Shown: positions 13,530 through 26,400 of the stretch, one piece after another
Layout: every line of letters begins with the position of its first letter
How positions within the stretch are numbered: position 1 is the stretch's first letter
DNA from: Anolis carolinensis
Taxonomy: Eukaryota
Direction: 5' to 3'
Length of the DNA: 64,000 nt
Assembly: GCF_035594765.1 (NCBI RefSeq)
Contig: NC_085844.1
Coordinates: forward strand, 195,316,107-195,380,106
Made by a program: the position numbers and the translations under genes
Notes under the pieces: generated by a model
Told to the model about the DNA's origin: nothing
The model's input: only the letters and a program-made list of their open reading frames with translations
Database searches by the model: none

Positions 13530-13851
13530 AGCCTCCGGTGGCTCAGTGTGTTAAAGCACTGAGCTGCTGAACTTGCAGACCGAAAGGTCCCAGGTTCAAA
13601 CCCAGAGTGAGCGCCCACTGTTAGCTCCAGCTTCTGCCAACCTAGCAGTTCGAAAACATGTAAATGTGAGTAGATCAATAGGTACCACTCTGGCAGGAAG
13701 GTAACGGCGTTCCATGCAGTCATGCTGGCCACATGACCTTGGAGGTGTCTACGGACAACGCCTGCTCTTCGGCTTAGAAATGGAGATGAGCACCAACCCC
13801 CAGAGTCAGACATGACTGGACTTAACGTCAGGGGAAACCTTTACCTTTTAC
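13530..13851 (+). mobile_element. Sauria SINE, full length, 13-bp TSD TAAGTTTATTTAG
   Basis: tRNA-like head (ggtggctcagtg, ggttcaaacc) and ACCTTT tail; TSD at 13517-13529 and 13852-13864. Confidence 0.92.
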
Positions 13852-14235
13852 TAAGTTTATTTAGGAGTTACAATTTTCAGTGTTTGAGCAAAGCAAAATT
13901 GAAATTCTCTTTTGTTTTTTAAAGCCGCCACCCCCCCCCCCCCCCAAATTGGACACGTAGATAAAATGGTCAACCCTTTCTTCAGCTTTTTTTTTTTTTT
14001 GCATGAGGATTGTCTTTCTGATAACTTATTATAAAAGTAAAGTAGGCAGCCCCATGCCAAATACAACAGAACATTCTGGTATGATTTTTCCTTTAATCCG
14101 TTTTCACTGATTTTTTTCTTTAATCAGTTTTCACTGATTTCAAGGTCTGTGCTTTATTGACATGCTGTGGGTACCTCCTGAGATGGCTGATTTTTTTCTG
14201 TTTCTTTTTGTTTTGCTGTTCACACATGCTCAGTA

Positions 14236-15094
14236 TTATTTATTTCGTGTCAAAAGCATTGCATAACAAATACATTTTAAAATGATGGGAAAAAAAGGAA
14301 ATCACAAGCAACTAAATAGTTTTAGACCAAAAACGGGCAGCAGCAACCGCATTGTCCGTAGCTTTAAACAACTCCTCCGTGCATGAGGCAGGACATTGTG
14401 GGCAAGCATACATATGCGGAGTTGTTTGTTCTGCTCCACAGTCACACAAGGTGGAGGATTCCTCCAGGTAGTGCCACCTTGCCAAGTTGTCTTTAGATCT
14501 GCCCACTCCACTTCTGAGTCTGTTCAGGGACTTCCAAGTTGCCCATTCTTGGTTTGCCCCTGGAGGAAGACCCTCATGGGGGGCCATCCAGTTAGATTTG
14601 CCTGGTTTAGCTGCCCAGAGGGACACCCTTGCTGTTGCTGGAGGAACATCAAGAGGAGTGGTGGTTCTCATGAAGCCCTTCCTTGATTTGAGTCTGGTGG
14701 GAGGAGGCTGATAGTCATGCAGTGGATGGCTTTCACAGTGTTCAACCTTATTTCTCTCACCGTTAGCAGCAACTTCCCGTCGCGCTTCAGCGCTTCAGGA
14801 GGGGCAATGCCAGCTAATTTGTAGAGTTTATCAACAGGTGTAGGTTTAAGGCATCCTGTGATTATTCTGCATGTTTCTTTTAGTGCTATGTCCACTTGCT
14901 TCGCATGGGCAGACTTTTGCCAGACAGGACAGGCATACTTAGCAGTTGAGAAAGACAAGGCCAGGGCTGATGTTCTTATCACTTGTGGGTCTGCACCGCA
15001 TGAGCTGCCAGTCAGTTTCCACAGGATGTTGTTGCGTGCAGCTGCTTTGTGCTTGGTGTTCATGCAGTGTTTCCTATATGTTAATGTTCGATCT
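14236..15094 (-). mobile_element. 5'-truncated Vingi (Ingi-related) LINE, 12-bp TSD ACATGCTCAGTA
   Basis: Frameshifted ORF ...RNNILWKL...CRIITGCLKPTP...WKSLNRLRSGVGR...CDCG..QT..H..C, with (TAAA) tail. TSD at 14224-14235 and 15095-15106. Confidence 0.85.
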
Positions 15095-16364
15095 ACATGC
15101 TCAGTAAGGAATTCTGGAGACAGCTGCTATTTATTTTGTCTGTTGTGGACAGGGCAAATGAAGCTAAAATAGGATTTGCCAGAACATAATCTCATTCTTT
15201 TCCTGTGCTATCTTTATGGCATTGATTATTGTGGACATGCAGTTGACATCCGAAACTGAAAGTCTGTTTGTCCAGCCCTTCATCATCATCCTTCTGAAGT
15301 TGATGCTGCTAAAAAACCTACAGCTCGATAGAGAAGCAGGATATAAAGAGACTTCGTATCAGAGGCTTTGTTGATGGTGGTACTCCTGTAGAGTACTTCA
15401 TTATGTCTCTGGCAGCTTCTGTGAGATTAAAGTCTGTCTTCTAAACATATCTAGTCTTGATTTGCTTAGTTCCTTGAACAATGTAAATTAAGAATGCACC
15501 ACAGGTTCCTTCCTTGTTGCAGTTATTGCTGGATGAGTTCTTGCTTCTCTGTGCTTCACATTTGACTGCAATTTCAGTTGTTGCAGTCAGGATGGTTGGA
15601 AATAGTGTTACCCATATCCACGTGCCTCTGAATTAATCTTTCTTTGTATTAAATTGTTAATATTGGGAAGGTTTATTTGAACACCCCCAATCCCCCTTCC
15701 CCAGTATCCTGTGCCATGAGTTTACTGAATGTGTTTATCTAGTTCTTATTTTAATTCCTATTCATTCTAGAGTAAGCTTGTTTCCTTTAATGGTATGTCC
15801 TATGGCTGGTGACATCCATATAAAGTTTTAACTGAGTTTTTTTATTATCCTCTTATTTCTTGATCATGTATATAAATCTTTAATTCTTTGCAAATTGTTT
15901 TTTTCTTTACTGTTGAATTAGGACTGTTGAAAGATAAGTTAGACCATTTTCACGCTGGGGGAAAATGGCATTAAAGGCACTTCAACCTGTTGTGAAGGAA
16001 GAGAAGAAACCACTGGTTTTCCTTCCAAGGGGTTTCCTTTCTGTTTCTGCTCTAAAAGCGAAAGGGCATCCTCTTTAGAGAAAATCCCTCGAGGATCTGA
16101 GGGCTCACAACTGCTTGCATCAAGTCCAAAGGACTCCAAACTTAAGGACTTAAGCAAAACTGCAGTTCTTCAGGATGCTGCTCTGCTTTATGTAGCGAGG
16201 CTACCGAAGGTGATGGGGTGGGGACAGGAGTTGTTGCCAGTGGTCCAGACAATGAGGGTGCCTCACCAATGACATTTGGTATTTCTACCCATTTCCAGTC
16301 CTGTCCCTCCTCTACCAGCAAGCCAGTTGGTGTACCCAAACTCATGTTGGGGTATGAGGCAGGG

Positions 16365-16566
16365 TGGGGTAGTGATTTGAGCATTACACTATGATTCTAA
16401 GAGACCAAGGTTTGAGTTCCCACTAGGCCATGGAAACCCACTGAGTGACCATGATCAAGTTATACTCTCAGCTTTAGAGGAAGGATATGAGAAACCCTCT
16501 CTGAAATATCTTGCCAAGAAAATCCCATCATAGGTTTACCTTACGGTCAACATATTTGAAGCCACA
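16365..16566 (+). mobile_element. Anolis SINE2-like SINE
   Basis: B-box-like ggtttgagttcc, then ggccatggaaacccactg, then cttgccaagaaaatccc. Confidence 0.7.
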
Positions 16567-16796
16567 ACCCAACCAAATTGGAGTATGTTTAAAAATGTGT
16601 AAATCATGAGGGGGGGGGGGGGGGCTGGTAAAAATTAAAAGCCTGTTATAGAAAGAAATACCTACCTATTCTGCTTATGTTGTGGCAGTAGATTTCACTG
16701 CCTGCTGATAACTTAATATAGCTCAGATGCTATAGCTCAAATCTTTGCTAGAAATCTTGCTCCCTTTGTTTTTTATTCAGGTGCTGCTAGCAAGTC

Positions 16797-16997
16797 ATGA
16801 TGGTTGAATCTGCCTCGGAGACAATACGTTCCACTCCCTCCAACCAGAATGGCGTCAGCAGCCTAAACAATCCAAATGATGGAGGAGGAGGTGGAGGTGG
16901 TGGAGGCGGTGGCGGGTGTGGAAGAGAAGGAGGAGCCAGTGGAGAAGCCAATGGAGAGATGAGCCCAGTGGAACTCCTGCATTTTCAGCAGCAACAG
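16797..16997 (+). CDS. FOXP4: FOXP4 first coding exon (exon 16781-16997 with 16 nt of 5'UTR), 67 codons, phase 0
   Basis: Translation [20 protein letters not shown]...[16 protein letters not shown] matches the FOXP4 N-terminus as recalled. Acceptor ttttattcag|G at 16780/16781; donor CAG|gtactg at 16997/16998. Confidence 0.96.
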
Positions 16998-17059
16998 GTA
17001 CTGACAACTTTGTTCTGTCATAGTCTCTGTTTCATACAGATAGATTACCCACTCCATGT

Positions 17060-17192
17060 TTTTTTCTTTTACATTTTAATAATATTTTTATTAATAGTTC
17101 TTTTGAATACAATAAATTAATACAATAAAATTGCAAATCTTATTTTGAAAAGAAGTGGAAAAAATATTGAAAAGAGAAAAACTAGAAAAGGA

Positions 17193-17233
<41 letters not shown>

Positions 17234-17690
17234 AAGAAATTGACTCCTTTTGGTGGCTATAGATATACATATGCTATATTCATACCCCTCTCTTTAAAAC
17301 TGTTTTTGTAATTTATATCCCACCTTTCTCGCTGTATGGGATACAAGGTAACATATATTAAACTATATATCAAATATTTCCTTCATTAACTAAATGTCAC
17401 CAATGATTTTTCTCTAATTAAAATCAATCGTTTTTACATTTTGGCAAAATCAGTCAATTTCAACAACCGTTCCTCTCTAGTAGGTAGTGTTGAGAACTCT
17501 TTCATCTGTGTGCCTACAGCAGTCTTGGTGTTGTTGTCATATATTGCACTAATATTCCATGGATCTTTTCCAAATATTCATCCATGAGTCCCAAGATGAA
17601 AAGTATTGTTTTTAATTGAATGTTAACCTTTAAGATCCTCTTGATCAAACTATGGTTTTGAACCTATTTTTTCTTGAAGATATTCTTTCT
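17060..17690 (-). mobile_element. Degenerate L1-like 3' fragment
   Basis: Minus strand gives decayed ...LPTREERLLKLTDFAK (L1 ORF2 C-terminal-like), followed by an A-rich tail. Confidence 0.5.
17195..17229. repeat. (AT)n microsatellite
   Basis: Directly visible. Confidence 0.95.
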
Positions 17691-18120
17691 GTAGTTCAGA
17701 ATAAAATATTGGTGCTTAGCTGAAGGAGAACATTTAAAATAGCTGCTACTTCAGAAAATCAGTAATATGTCACTCATATCATTTACAGCATTAGATAACA
17801 TTAGCATTCACGAATCATAATGTAATGCACCTTATTGGGTCCCTGTCGTTTATGCACTTTAACTATCATTCTGTTTTGCATTGCTGTCTTAGTCTCCCCT
17901 CTCATGAAGACAATACAAATTGTGCCTGGTGGTTGGTTGATATAATAAACTACTGTTACACTATTCCGTTTTATATTGTACTGCTGTTTTTATCAATGTT
18001 ATACTGTGAATTGTGCATAATGTTTTTGTGTACTCTATTTTAATTGTGTTGTCATGCTTGGCCCCACGTAAGCCGTCCCGAGTCCCCACGGGAAGATGGT
18101 GACAGAATACCAAAAAAAAG

Positions 18121-18164
<44 letters not shown>

Positions 18165-18165
18165 G
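18121..18165. repeat. (TTG)15 microsatellite at the tail of an L2-like 3' fragment
   Basis: Directly visible. Confidence 0.95.
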
Positions 18166-19263
18166 CTATTATTATTAATAATGCTCTATAATTTTGTCCA
18201 AGGCTTGAATCGACAAGAGCAGTTCTTAAGCTGTAATGGATGCATGTGTTTTGTTTTCTTTAAAGTTCACATTTTTTTTGTATTGCAAGCTTCATTTTCT
18301 CTCATTTTTAGTACTTCTTGAATGCTTTTTTAAAGTCCACAGAAAATTTGTATTCATTTTCATGTAAATGAAAAGTTATACACTAGTCTACAGAAATTTC
18401 CCTAATGTATCTGTACAATTTTTCATCAGATCGCTGCATCACAAAATATGTAGAAATGCAAAAATCAAAGCCTGGTAGTGTTGCAAATTGTGTATTCAAA
18501 AATGTGAACTAAATTCAAAATAAGCAAGATCATTTCCCATATCTAAGGATAAATGTAAAAATCGTGGTTTTGCACTGTTTGTCTAAAATAGCAGCTCAAC
18601 AATGATTTCAGGCAAATTTTAGATAGAAACCAATATTATAGAGAACGAATTACTGTAATTTGAGCCAGTAAAGAGCTTAGTAAGAACTCTACATGTGAAT
18701 TTATTTACTTAGTCAATACATATTTGAACAGTTGCTATTCAGTACATGCAAAGGTGCGCAAAGTTATTAATCTGTGATATTTTTCATGCCAGAAAAGGTA
18801 GCAATACTAGACATTTGATAGTGAAAGCAGAATACCATATGTTACCCACGATGCTTGTAAAGCAATGCAGACCTAGACAGCATGTATCCAGTGGTGTCAT
18901 ACATTTGAGTGATGTTCATTTTTTCATCTGATGTGTGTCTATCACCATCTGATTCTTGTACCTGTATGCGTAATTCTCATTTGTTTTCTTCAGACCATAT
19001 ATATCAGTAGTTGCCATTATCACAGTTTGTATTTACTGAGTTTTATGCAGCTCTGATCTTCTTAGAGAAATATATCTCTGGCAGTTAAACAGTCATAGAA
19101 CTCAGGGCTTTTCATCGTTTTTGGTAAAAAAAAAATGGCTTGGTGGGGACAGGGGGTATCTCCCATATTTAACAATGCCTCCAAGAGATGGAACCCTTTG
19201 ATGGTTAACTTGTATCATTTAATCAACAAAAATAAATCTAACATAGTAGTGTGGTAATGTAAT

Positions 19264-19385
19264 GTTGAAGGCTTTCACGGCCGGAATCACTGGGGTGTTA
19301 GTTGTTTTCTGAGCTTTATGGTTGTGTTCTAGCAGCATTTTCTCCTAACGTTTTGCCTGCATCTGTGGTTGGCATCTTCAGTGGC
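19264..19385 (-). mobile_element. Penelope-like pLTR fragment
   Basis: Homologous to 10034-10155 and to 46765-46887. Confidence 0.78.
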
Positions 19386-20936
19386 ATTTGGTGTTGCATC
19401 CAGTCTCGCACCAACAATACATTTAAAATGTTTGTTTTTGTTGGGGTTTTTTTGTTTCCTGACTGGTGGCAGGTATTTCAACAAGGAAGTTTTCCTTTAC
19501 TAGTGTAATACTAGTAGTATCACAAGTAACAAAGGCATGAAAACCTAGTGCATCTTTCTTATCTGATCCTAAAGCATGAGTGGGCAAAATCAGGTCATCT
19601 AGATGTTGTTGGACTTAAACTTCCATCTATCCTAGCCAGGATGGTCAATAGTGACAGGTGCAAGAATTTGCAGTCCAATAACACTGGGAGAATTACACTT
19701 TGCCCATCACACCCTAGAGCATCATAAACAGACTCATGTCCTTAGGCATATCTCTAGACCAGTGTCAACAGGATGTTGATTGGTATAACATAAGGTGTTT
19801 TTGAAGTGTTGGTATCAGTAGAGCTTTGTCAGATGAGTGAATGTGTACACCAACTTCCTGAAAGTGTTTTTTTAATGTCAGCTGCTTTTTGCTGATTCCT
19901 ACGTGGCTGGCTAACAGTGAGTGGCAGCTGCTGTTTTTCTTCGTAATGCATGCACACACTATTGTATTTGCCAGATTTGTTAATGATTTTGTGTGCCAAG
20001 TATTCTATTCGTTTGGATTTTGTCTATACCATTGACAGAAACATTTTCAGTTGAAATATCTAATGCTAATGCTGTCTGTAATATGGTATACATTTACCAT
20101 TCTGCACACAGGGCTTTCAGAATAAGTAATACTTTTCAGTGCTAGTGAAATATCTTACCGTTGAAGCACAACTTGTGCTTTGTCACAGGAATCTAAGCAG
20201 GACTTTTAATCAGTGAATGAAATAGTTGACAAAGCCATCACATGTGTAGATGAAGGGTGATGTATTGAGTTCTGCAGTAGTGCTGTACCTCCAAAGATAG
20301 TAATAGGTTGTTGTATGTGTGTAATAGTGTCTGATAGTCTGCCCATATGAAACATGCGGATTTTAAGAATATTGCTTTTCTTTGTTGCTGTGAGAAGGCT
20401 GCTTTCAGTTTTGACCAGTGTATGGAGTTTCATGTTGCATGTTGTCAGTTGTATCTTTCCAGTCTTTATTTTATGTAGATATGACATCTAGCAGTAGTTT
20501 CGTATGATGTTGCTAACAGAGACCACACTCTTCTTTGCCATTCAAAAATTGTTAGTGTAGCCTATGTCTAATCTAGACAGCCACTCTCCAGAGGCAGGTT
20601 ATGGATAGAAGTTATAAGATAGCAGTTCTATGCCCAAGATAGCTTTGACCGTAGTATCTTAGCAAATGTTATTAATACAAACCCAGATCAAAGTTATAAT
20701 CATAACATTATGGATAATTTGACCCAGGAATGGCAGTTGTGAAATATAGAATGGTTGGCAGTGCCTGTCTTGCCTCTGCCATAGCACGTGGCATCATGTA
20801 GCTTTTGTTCATGGGGGACATCTTCGTCACTAAATCAAAAAACCCCATGAAAATTAGTTGCTCCCTACCATGAGCATTTGCCATTTATTATGAGAAATCC
20901 TAGTTTAGTGATTGTGTCCTGCTCTTTTGTCTATCC

Positions 20937-21072
20937 CAGGTATCTTCAAACTGCTGCCCTCCAGCTGTTTTGATCTCTAACTCCCAGAAGCCCTACTCAG
21001 CTTGTTCAATGGTCAGGAATTCTGGGAGTTGGAGGCCCAAACAGTCAGAGGGCCACAGTTTAAGGATGCCTG
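20937..21072. mobile_element. Short fold-back hAT-type MITE
   Basis: cagg...cctg termini, internal aactcccagaa/ttctgggagtt arms, near-perfect 8-bp TSD gtctatcc/gtctatct. Confidence 0.75.
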
Positions 21073-21330
21073 GTCTATCTCCATCTCTGCATATGGTGGC
21101 AGGTAATCATGCTTTGAATCTTTTGAATGGGTTGGTTCATGCCTATAATGCTGTCTTCAAGTTTACAAGTTGAAGTTGCCTTGAATCCTTTGAAAGGTAC
21201 TTTTCTTTATTAAAAATTATTTTTAGTAATGATATAATTCAGAGCAAAAATATACAAAGGAAAGAATCTACATACTACCTGAAAGCACTATAGTTATGTC
21301 CATTATCAATAATGGACAAACAAATCTCAA

Positions 21331-21409
21331 TGAAAACATTGACTACAAAAATGGCTTGGATTATCCAGAGGCTTGGATAAGCGAGGCTTGGATAAGTGAG
21401 ACTCTACTG
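21331..21409 (+). mobile_element. One-ended fragment of the same MITE family
   Basis: Right TIR ggataagtgagactctactg|ta with subterminal repeats. Confidence 0.75.
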
Positions 21410-22055
21410 TATATGCAAATAAAGGTATTTCAAAACCTGAAAAAAGGAAAACCAAAACACTTCTGGTCCCAAGCAATTTGGACAAGAGATACTCAACCTG
21501 TATATGAAAGGGCTTGCAAGTTGCAGTTCAAAACAAACTTTGTCTTCTTTGTCAAATGAATGCTAAATAAAGCAGGGAGCCCAAACTCATATGGAGATCA
21601 CTTCTCTAAACCATAAATTCCAGCGTGAATGCTATAAAAATTGCTGTGTCTGATACTTGAGTAGCTAGCACTGTAAATTCATTACCCGAATAACAGCCAT
21701 TTCTCATGCAGTTAAGCCACTGTTCCCCTAATCTGAAGGGTAATCATGCGTGTCATGCTTCTAGAAGTCACCCTTGTTGAAAGAGACACAGTTCTCTCTT
21801 TCTTCAGCGGTATGCATGTGTGACTATAGTTAAGTTTGCCTTCATACAGCCTTGGAATTTGTCACTGCCATTCATTTATAGCATTATGGGCTCTAGTGTG
21901 TGTTCCCTTGCGGTACAGATTAAGTATACTGGCATGTTCCATGAGCACAAACTCCCCTGTTACGACTTGTAATGTTTGTACAGAGTCACTGTGAGAGCAT
22001 GAACAAGTTGTTGGCCCTTACTTGATTTTCTTAGGCTATTGTGAGATACTAAGTA

Positions 22056-22275
22056 CAGTTGCCCCTTTGTATCCAAAGATTTTGGCTACATGGTTTCAAC
22101 CATCCATGACTTGAAAATCCCCCCCCCCCCCCAAAAAAAAAAAGAAAGAAGCAAACCTTGATTTTGCCATTGTATATAATGGGACTTGGGCATCCATGGA
22201 TTTAGGTATCTACAGGTGTGTGTTTGTGTGTCCGTGTTCTGGAATCAAACCCCAGGAGGAACCAAGGGCCCACTG
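22056..22275. mobile_element. Older Tigger-like MITE
   Basis: ta|cagttgccccttt...aagggcccactg; subterminal atccatgg repeats. Confidence 0.5.
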
Positions 22276-22699
22276 TTTGTGGAATCCATAAAGAGAATTC
22301 TCATATAATGCCTCCCTCCACCAATGTTGAGGAATACTACGAATATTTCCAAGCAGGATTTGTAAAGACCCTATGGTTTGGCCTGATGGGATTGAATGTT
22401 TGACAAGTATGGAGATCGCTTCATGCCCCTGATAGGCAGCACATCCCATGCTTACATATCCTTCTTACTTACTTGCACAAGGTCACATACAGTACCATGT
22501 CTTAATTTCACACACAGACATTAAGATGAGCATGTGAAGAATAGTCCAGCTGTGTGAATATTTCTGGGATGCTTTTGAGCAGGAACTTTCAGGAATCCAG
22601 TGAAGCCTTTTAAATATGTCACAAAGGTGATAATTTCTCATGCACTCACTACTCAAAGGTAGACACACTTTTTGGGACTAATTTTTCCTTTCAAAGTTA

Positions 22700-23477
22700 C
22701 GAGGGTTGAATGAAAAGTAATGTCTCCAGCTTTGTGACTCCTCAAAAGATGGCAGTACTGGTATGCGGCAGGTACTGGCTAGTTCAGTAGACTCTCCTCT
22801 ACAGTTCCATTTGGTGGGAAGCCTTAGCATTGAACGGTTGTGTTGTTAAAATGTGAAGTATGGAACCCTGACCAGACGGTTGGTCAGTGCAACTTAAGCA
22901 ATGTGCAGTCACTGAATTTTTGACAGCAGAAGGTGTCACCCCAAAGGAGATTCATCAGAGAATGCAAGCTGTTTATGGTGAATGTGTTGATGTGAGTACT
23001 CTGCGTCGTTGGGCAAGTAAGTTTAAAGATATTGAGGTGGGAACATCTGACTTGTGTGACAAACAAAGAGTTGGACGTCCTGTGACAGCAACCACCAAGT
23101 TTCACAAGCAAAACGTTGACAGGTTGATTCAGGATGATCGCCGTATCACTCAAAGAAAAATTTCAAGCATAATCAGCATTTCACAAGAACGTGTGGGTCA
23201 CATTATTGTTTTGCTTGGCTATCAGAAGATCTGTGCACGATGGGTACTGTGAGATGCTGGTTGCAGAAACAGAGTGTTGACTTCTTCCATGACGGCTTCA
23301 GAAAACTTGTTCATCGTTTGCAGAAATGTATCCAATTGTCTGGTGATTATGTGGAAAAGTGAATAATGGTAGTTAAAGAGCACATTCTAAGGATTATTTC
23401 TGTGTTTGATTTATTAAAATATTCCCATCTAAACCCAAGTAACGAAGGTGGAGGCATTACTTTTCATTCAACCCTCT
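22700..23477 (+). mobile_element. Internally deleted mariner transposon
   Basis: TA-flanked TIRs gagggttgaatgaaaagtaatg / cattacttttcattcaaccctc. Transposase HTH N-terminus (22887-23246, ending CARWV) is joined to the C-terminus DFFHDGFRKLVHRLQKCIQLSGDYVEK*. Confidence 0.92.
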
Positions 23478-26400
23478 TAGGAATGAAAATAAACACTCAA
23501 ATCATCAGCCTCGTTTCTAACATCAAAACTGTTCATCTACCATTTCATACATCAGTCTGAAAGTGGTTGCTTTCTCTTTCTACCTGTCTTTGTTGCATAT
23601 TTAATGCCTGTTGATTCATTCTACTATGCCTAGTGGCTGTCCTACCCCTATTAGAAAGGGTCCAAGAAGTGAGGAAGAATTACTTTAAATTGCTATCAAC
23701 TGTGTGCACATGTGACATACTAGTTGCCCCCTGGGAGACTTGAAATGGTTGGGTCACTTGTACTTGTATTTTTATATGTTTTCCACACATATAATGCATA
23801 TACACTACCAGGTACATATCCCGATGAATATTTGGGCGTACTTAACTTGTTTCAGAACAATACATCTGACCAGAACAATACATCTGCATGTTAGCATTGT
23901 AATTTGAATAAACTCTTCCAGACTTGCCTCAGTACTTCCTGCTGAAAATGAGGTACTATCTCTATATCATGAGTGTTAGTAGTAGATAAGTGAGAAAAGA
24001 GTTTGTGTCCTCTTTCTTGAGAAAGATAGCAATAGAAATAATAATCTTCTGCAACTATCTCTTCTGTCATGTACCTTAACTCTCTGAAAGAAGGTAATTT
24101 TGAGAAGGGGAGCATCATTATCCCAAATAATGTTTGCCTTCACTTGAATGCCTTGCCTGACGCTGCATATAATTAACCTGTGGAACTCACCAGTGCGAGA
24201 CAATACTTAAAGGCAAAGGAAACTTCTGAACACAGATGGCATCTGCAGTGACAATAGCTCGGATGAGAACCATTGGTGTCATCAATCTTCATGCTTCAGG
24301 AAACAAGCTGAGCAGCAGCTGGGGTCAGTAATAAATGTCCCCATATATAGAGTTTTGCACAATTAGGTGCTTCATGAAGGATTTACACCTTCTCCAGTAG
24401 TATCCCATGTCTGCCCTTGTTTAAAGAGGCTACTGAGCCATTGGCTTGTTCCTGTCTGCCAATTCCTGCCTCTACCTTATGCTTTAGACCTCAAATGCAC
24501 TGGTGCTAAGAAAGCAAATCCAAAATGCAGTACTAATACACAGAAGGATGAGTAAAAAAGGAATTAAATGGATTATAAAGGAGAGTCTAGAAAGGAAATA
24601 ATGATTTGCATATTTGTGATCAGTTGGTGAAACTCCCTGCCACATAAAATGCCAGGAAAAATATTTTCAATTAATATTTCCAGACTAATGATAACAAATG
24701 CTACCAAATACGGGGAGACAAGACAAAACATCTTCCTTCAGGATTAACCAGGGCTGGGACAACTTTTTACTTTTGTATATTTTGAGGTGGCTTAGTGCTT
24801 GTATGTAGGGGAAATAAAGCCCAGCCACTGCAGTTGGTGCATTTTGATTTTCTGCCAATTTTTCACCAGGATTTTTTTTTAATGGCCATGTTGGTTATCG
24901 TGGTGGTTGGAAGTGGGGTGACTGGGAATTTGGGACCTCATATAGCTACAGGGAAACATACTTCACTCTACTCAACCTCTGGTTTATTCAGTACATATTT
25001 CTTGGATCTTTTTCCAAAATGGTCTATAGCCATAGATCATCTTATGATCCCTGGATGTTTTGGGGGCAGCTGTATTGACCCTTTGCCATTGACTGTGATG
25101 ACCTGGTCAATTGTAATTGCAATTCAGAAATATTTGGTCTGTTGGAAACGTACATTTGCATCTGTGATCTTGCTGTTCTGTGTACCTGATAGGTTGATTG
25201 ACCTCCTTTTCTCTCTCTGGGAGTGTTGTAGTGGAAGTGCTCTTTTCTTTCTCAGGAATACTTCTGGTTATGTATAGCAGTGTTTGGCCAGGAGCATGAG
25301 AAATTCGAGCAAAACTCTGTCTTAGATCTTTATCTTATGGCTTGCATAGTGAGTTGTCTTTTTTGAGGCAGCTACCGAAAAATGCATTTTGCTATTTCAA
25401 CTTAAGATGAAATGGTCTCAAATCTTGTGTAGGTTCCATTGTGAAAACCAAAATAAACTAACACTTACAACATGAGAATCCTTTGATGATTCTATACTAT
25501 CTTGGAATGCTGTGCCTGTACCATAGTAAGACTTGGAGCAAGGTTTTAAACTGACACAGCTTGGCTTCCATGCTTCTGATACTCAGCTAGAAAAAAAATC
25601 TTGATCTCTTAGTGATTCTTTATTTAGAAAAAAGGCTTCAGCCAGGATCCTGCTGATGAGTATAATTACTTCATTGAAGAGAGCACACATTTCAAGACCA
25701 CATTTTTTAAGATCACAGTAGAGGATTTTGTTGTGGTTATTCCAGCTGTTGTGCAGGTATAATATGTTCTCTCCACTTCTTCTCAGGCAGTCAAAATGCC
25801 CAGCTTCTGCGCTTTTGGTAAACAAGGCCTGAAAAACGTGAGCTGGGCTGTGGAGTAATGAGGTGACAGAAGGAGAGAGAGATAAACAGAGAGAGTCAGA
25901 AGTCAGGCATCTGACAGGAGTTTAGACTGAAACAAACAGCACTGGCAAGAGAGCACACGTCACTTTTGAACAAGACGAAGTGTCTGTTTCCATGCAACGG
26001 GCAGAGCTGAAGAGCTTGTTTAAATAGAGATGAAAGGAACAAGGAGGCTGTGTGACCTGCAGCCAGTGTATGGTCCTGAGGCTAGAAAAGGAGCAGAGGA
26101 TATAAGAGAAGGAAGAGTAGAGTTGCTAAACTTGTATTCAGGAAAGCTGAATGGGCAAGCAGATACCTGGAGGGTTTCATGAAAATGTGTTAGGCTTTTG
26201 GCTATACCTAGGGCTGTTTCATTTAGAAATTGCAGAAGGAGATCAAATTTTAAAAGGCCAAAGCAGAATTTGTGATATATTATTTCATTATCAGGTATCA
26301 AGAATAGCCATTGATTTGACAAGCTCTGTTACTTCTATGGGTCTACAGGAAGACGTTATTAACTTGGGATTTGAACATAAAGATTTTGTTAGGAGGATTG

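Noticed and set aside
13530-13605. tRNA gene
   Set aside because: The A/B boxes belong to the tRNA-derived head of a Sauria SINE.
16998-17120. Extension of the 107-aa ORF beyond QQQQ
   Set aside because: Read-through into the intron past a GT donor; homology resumes at 57110.
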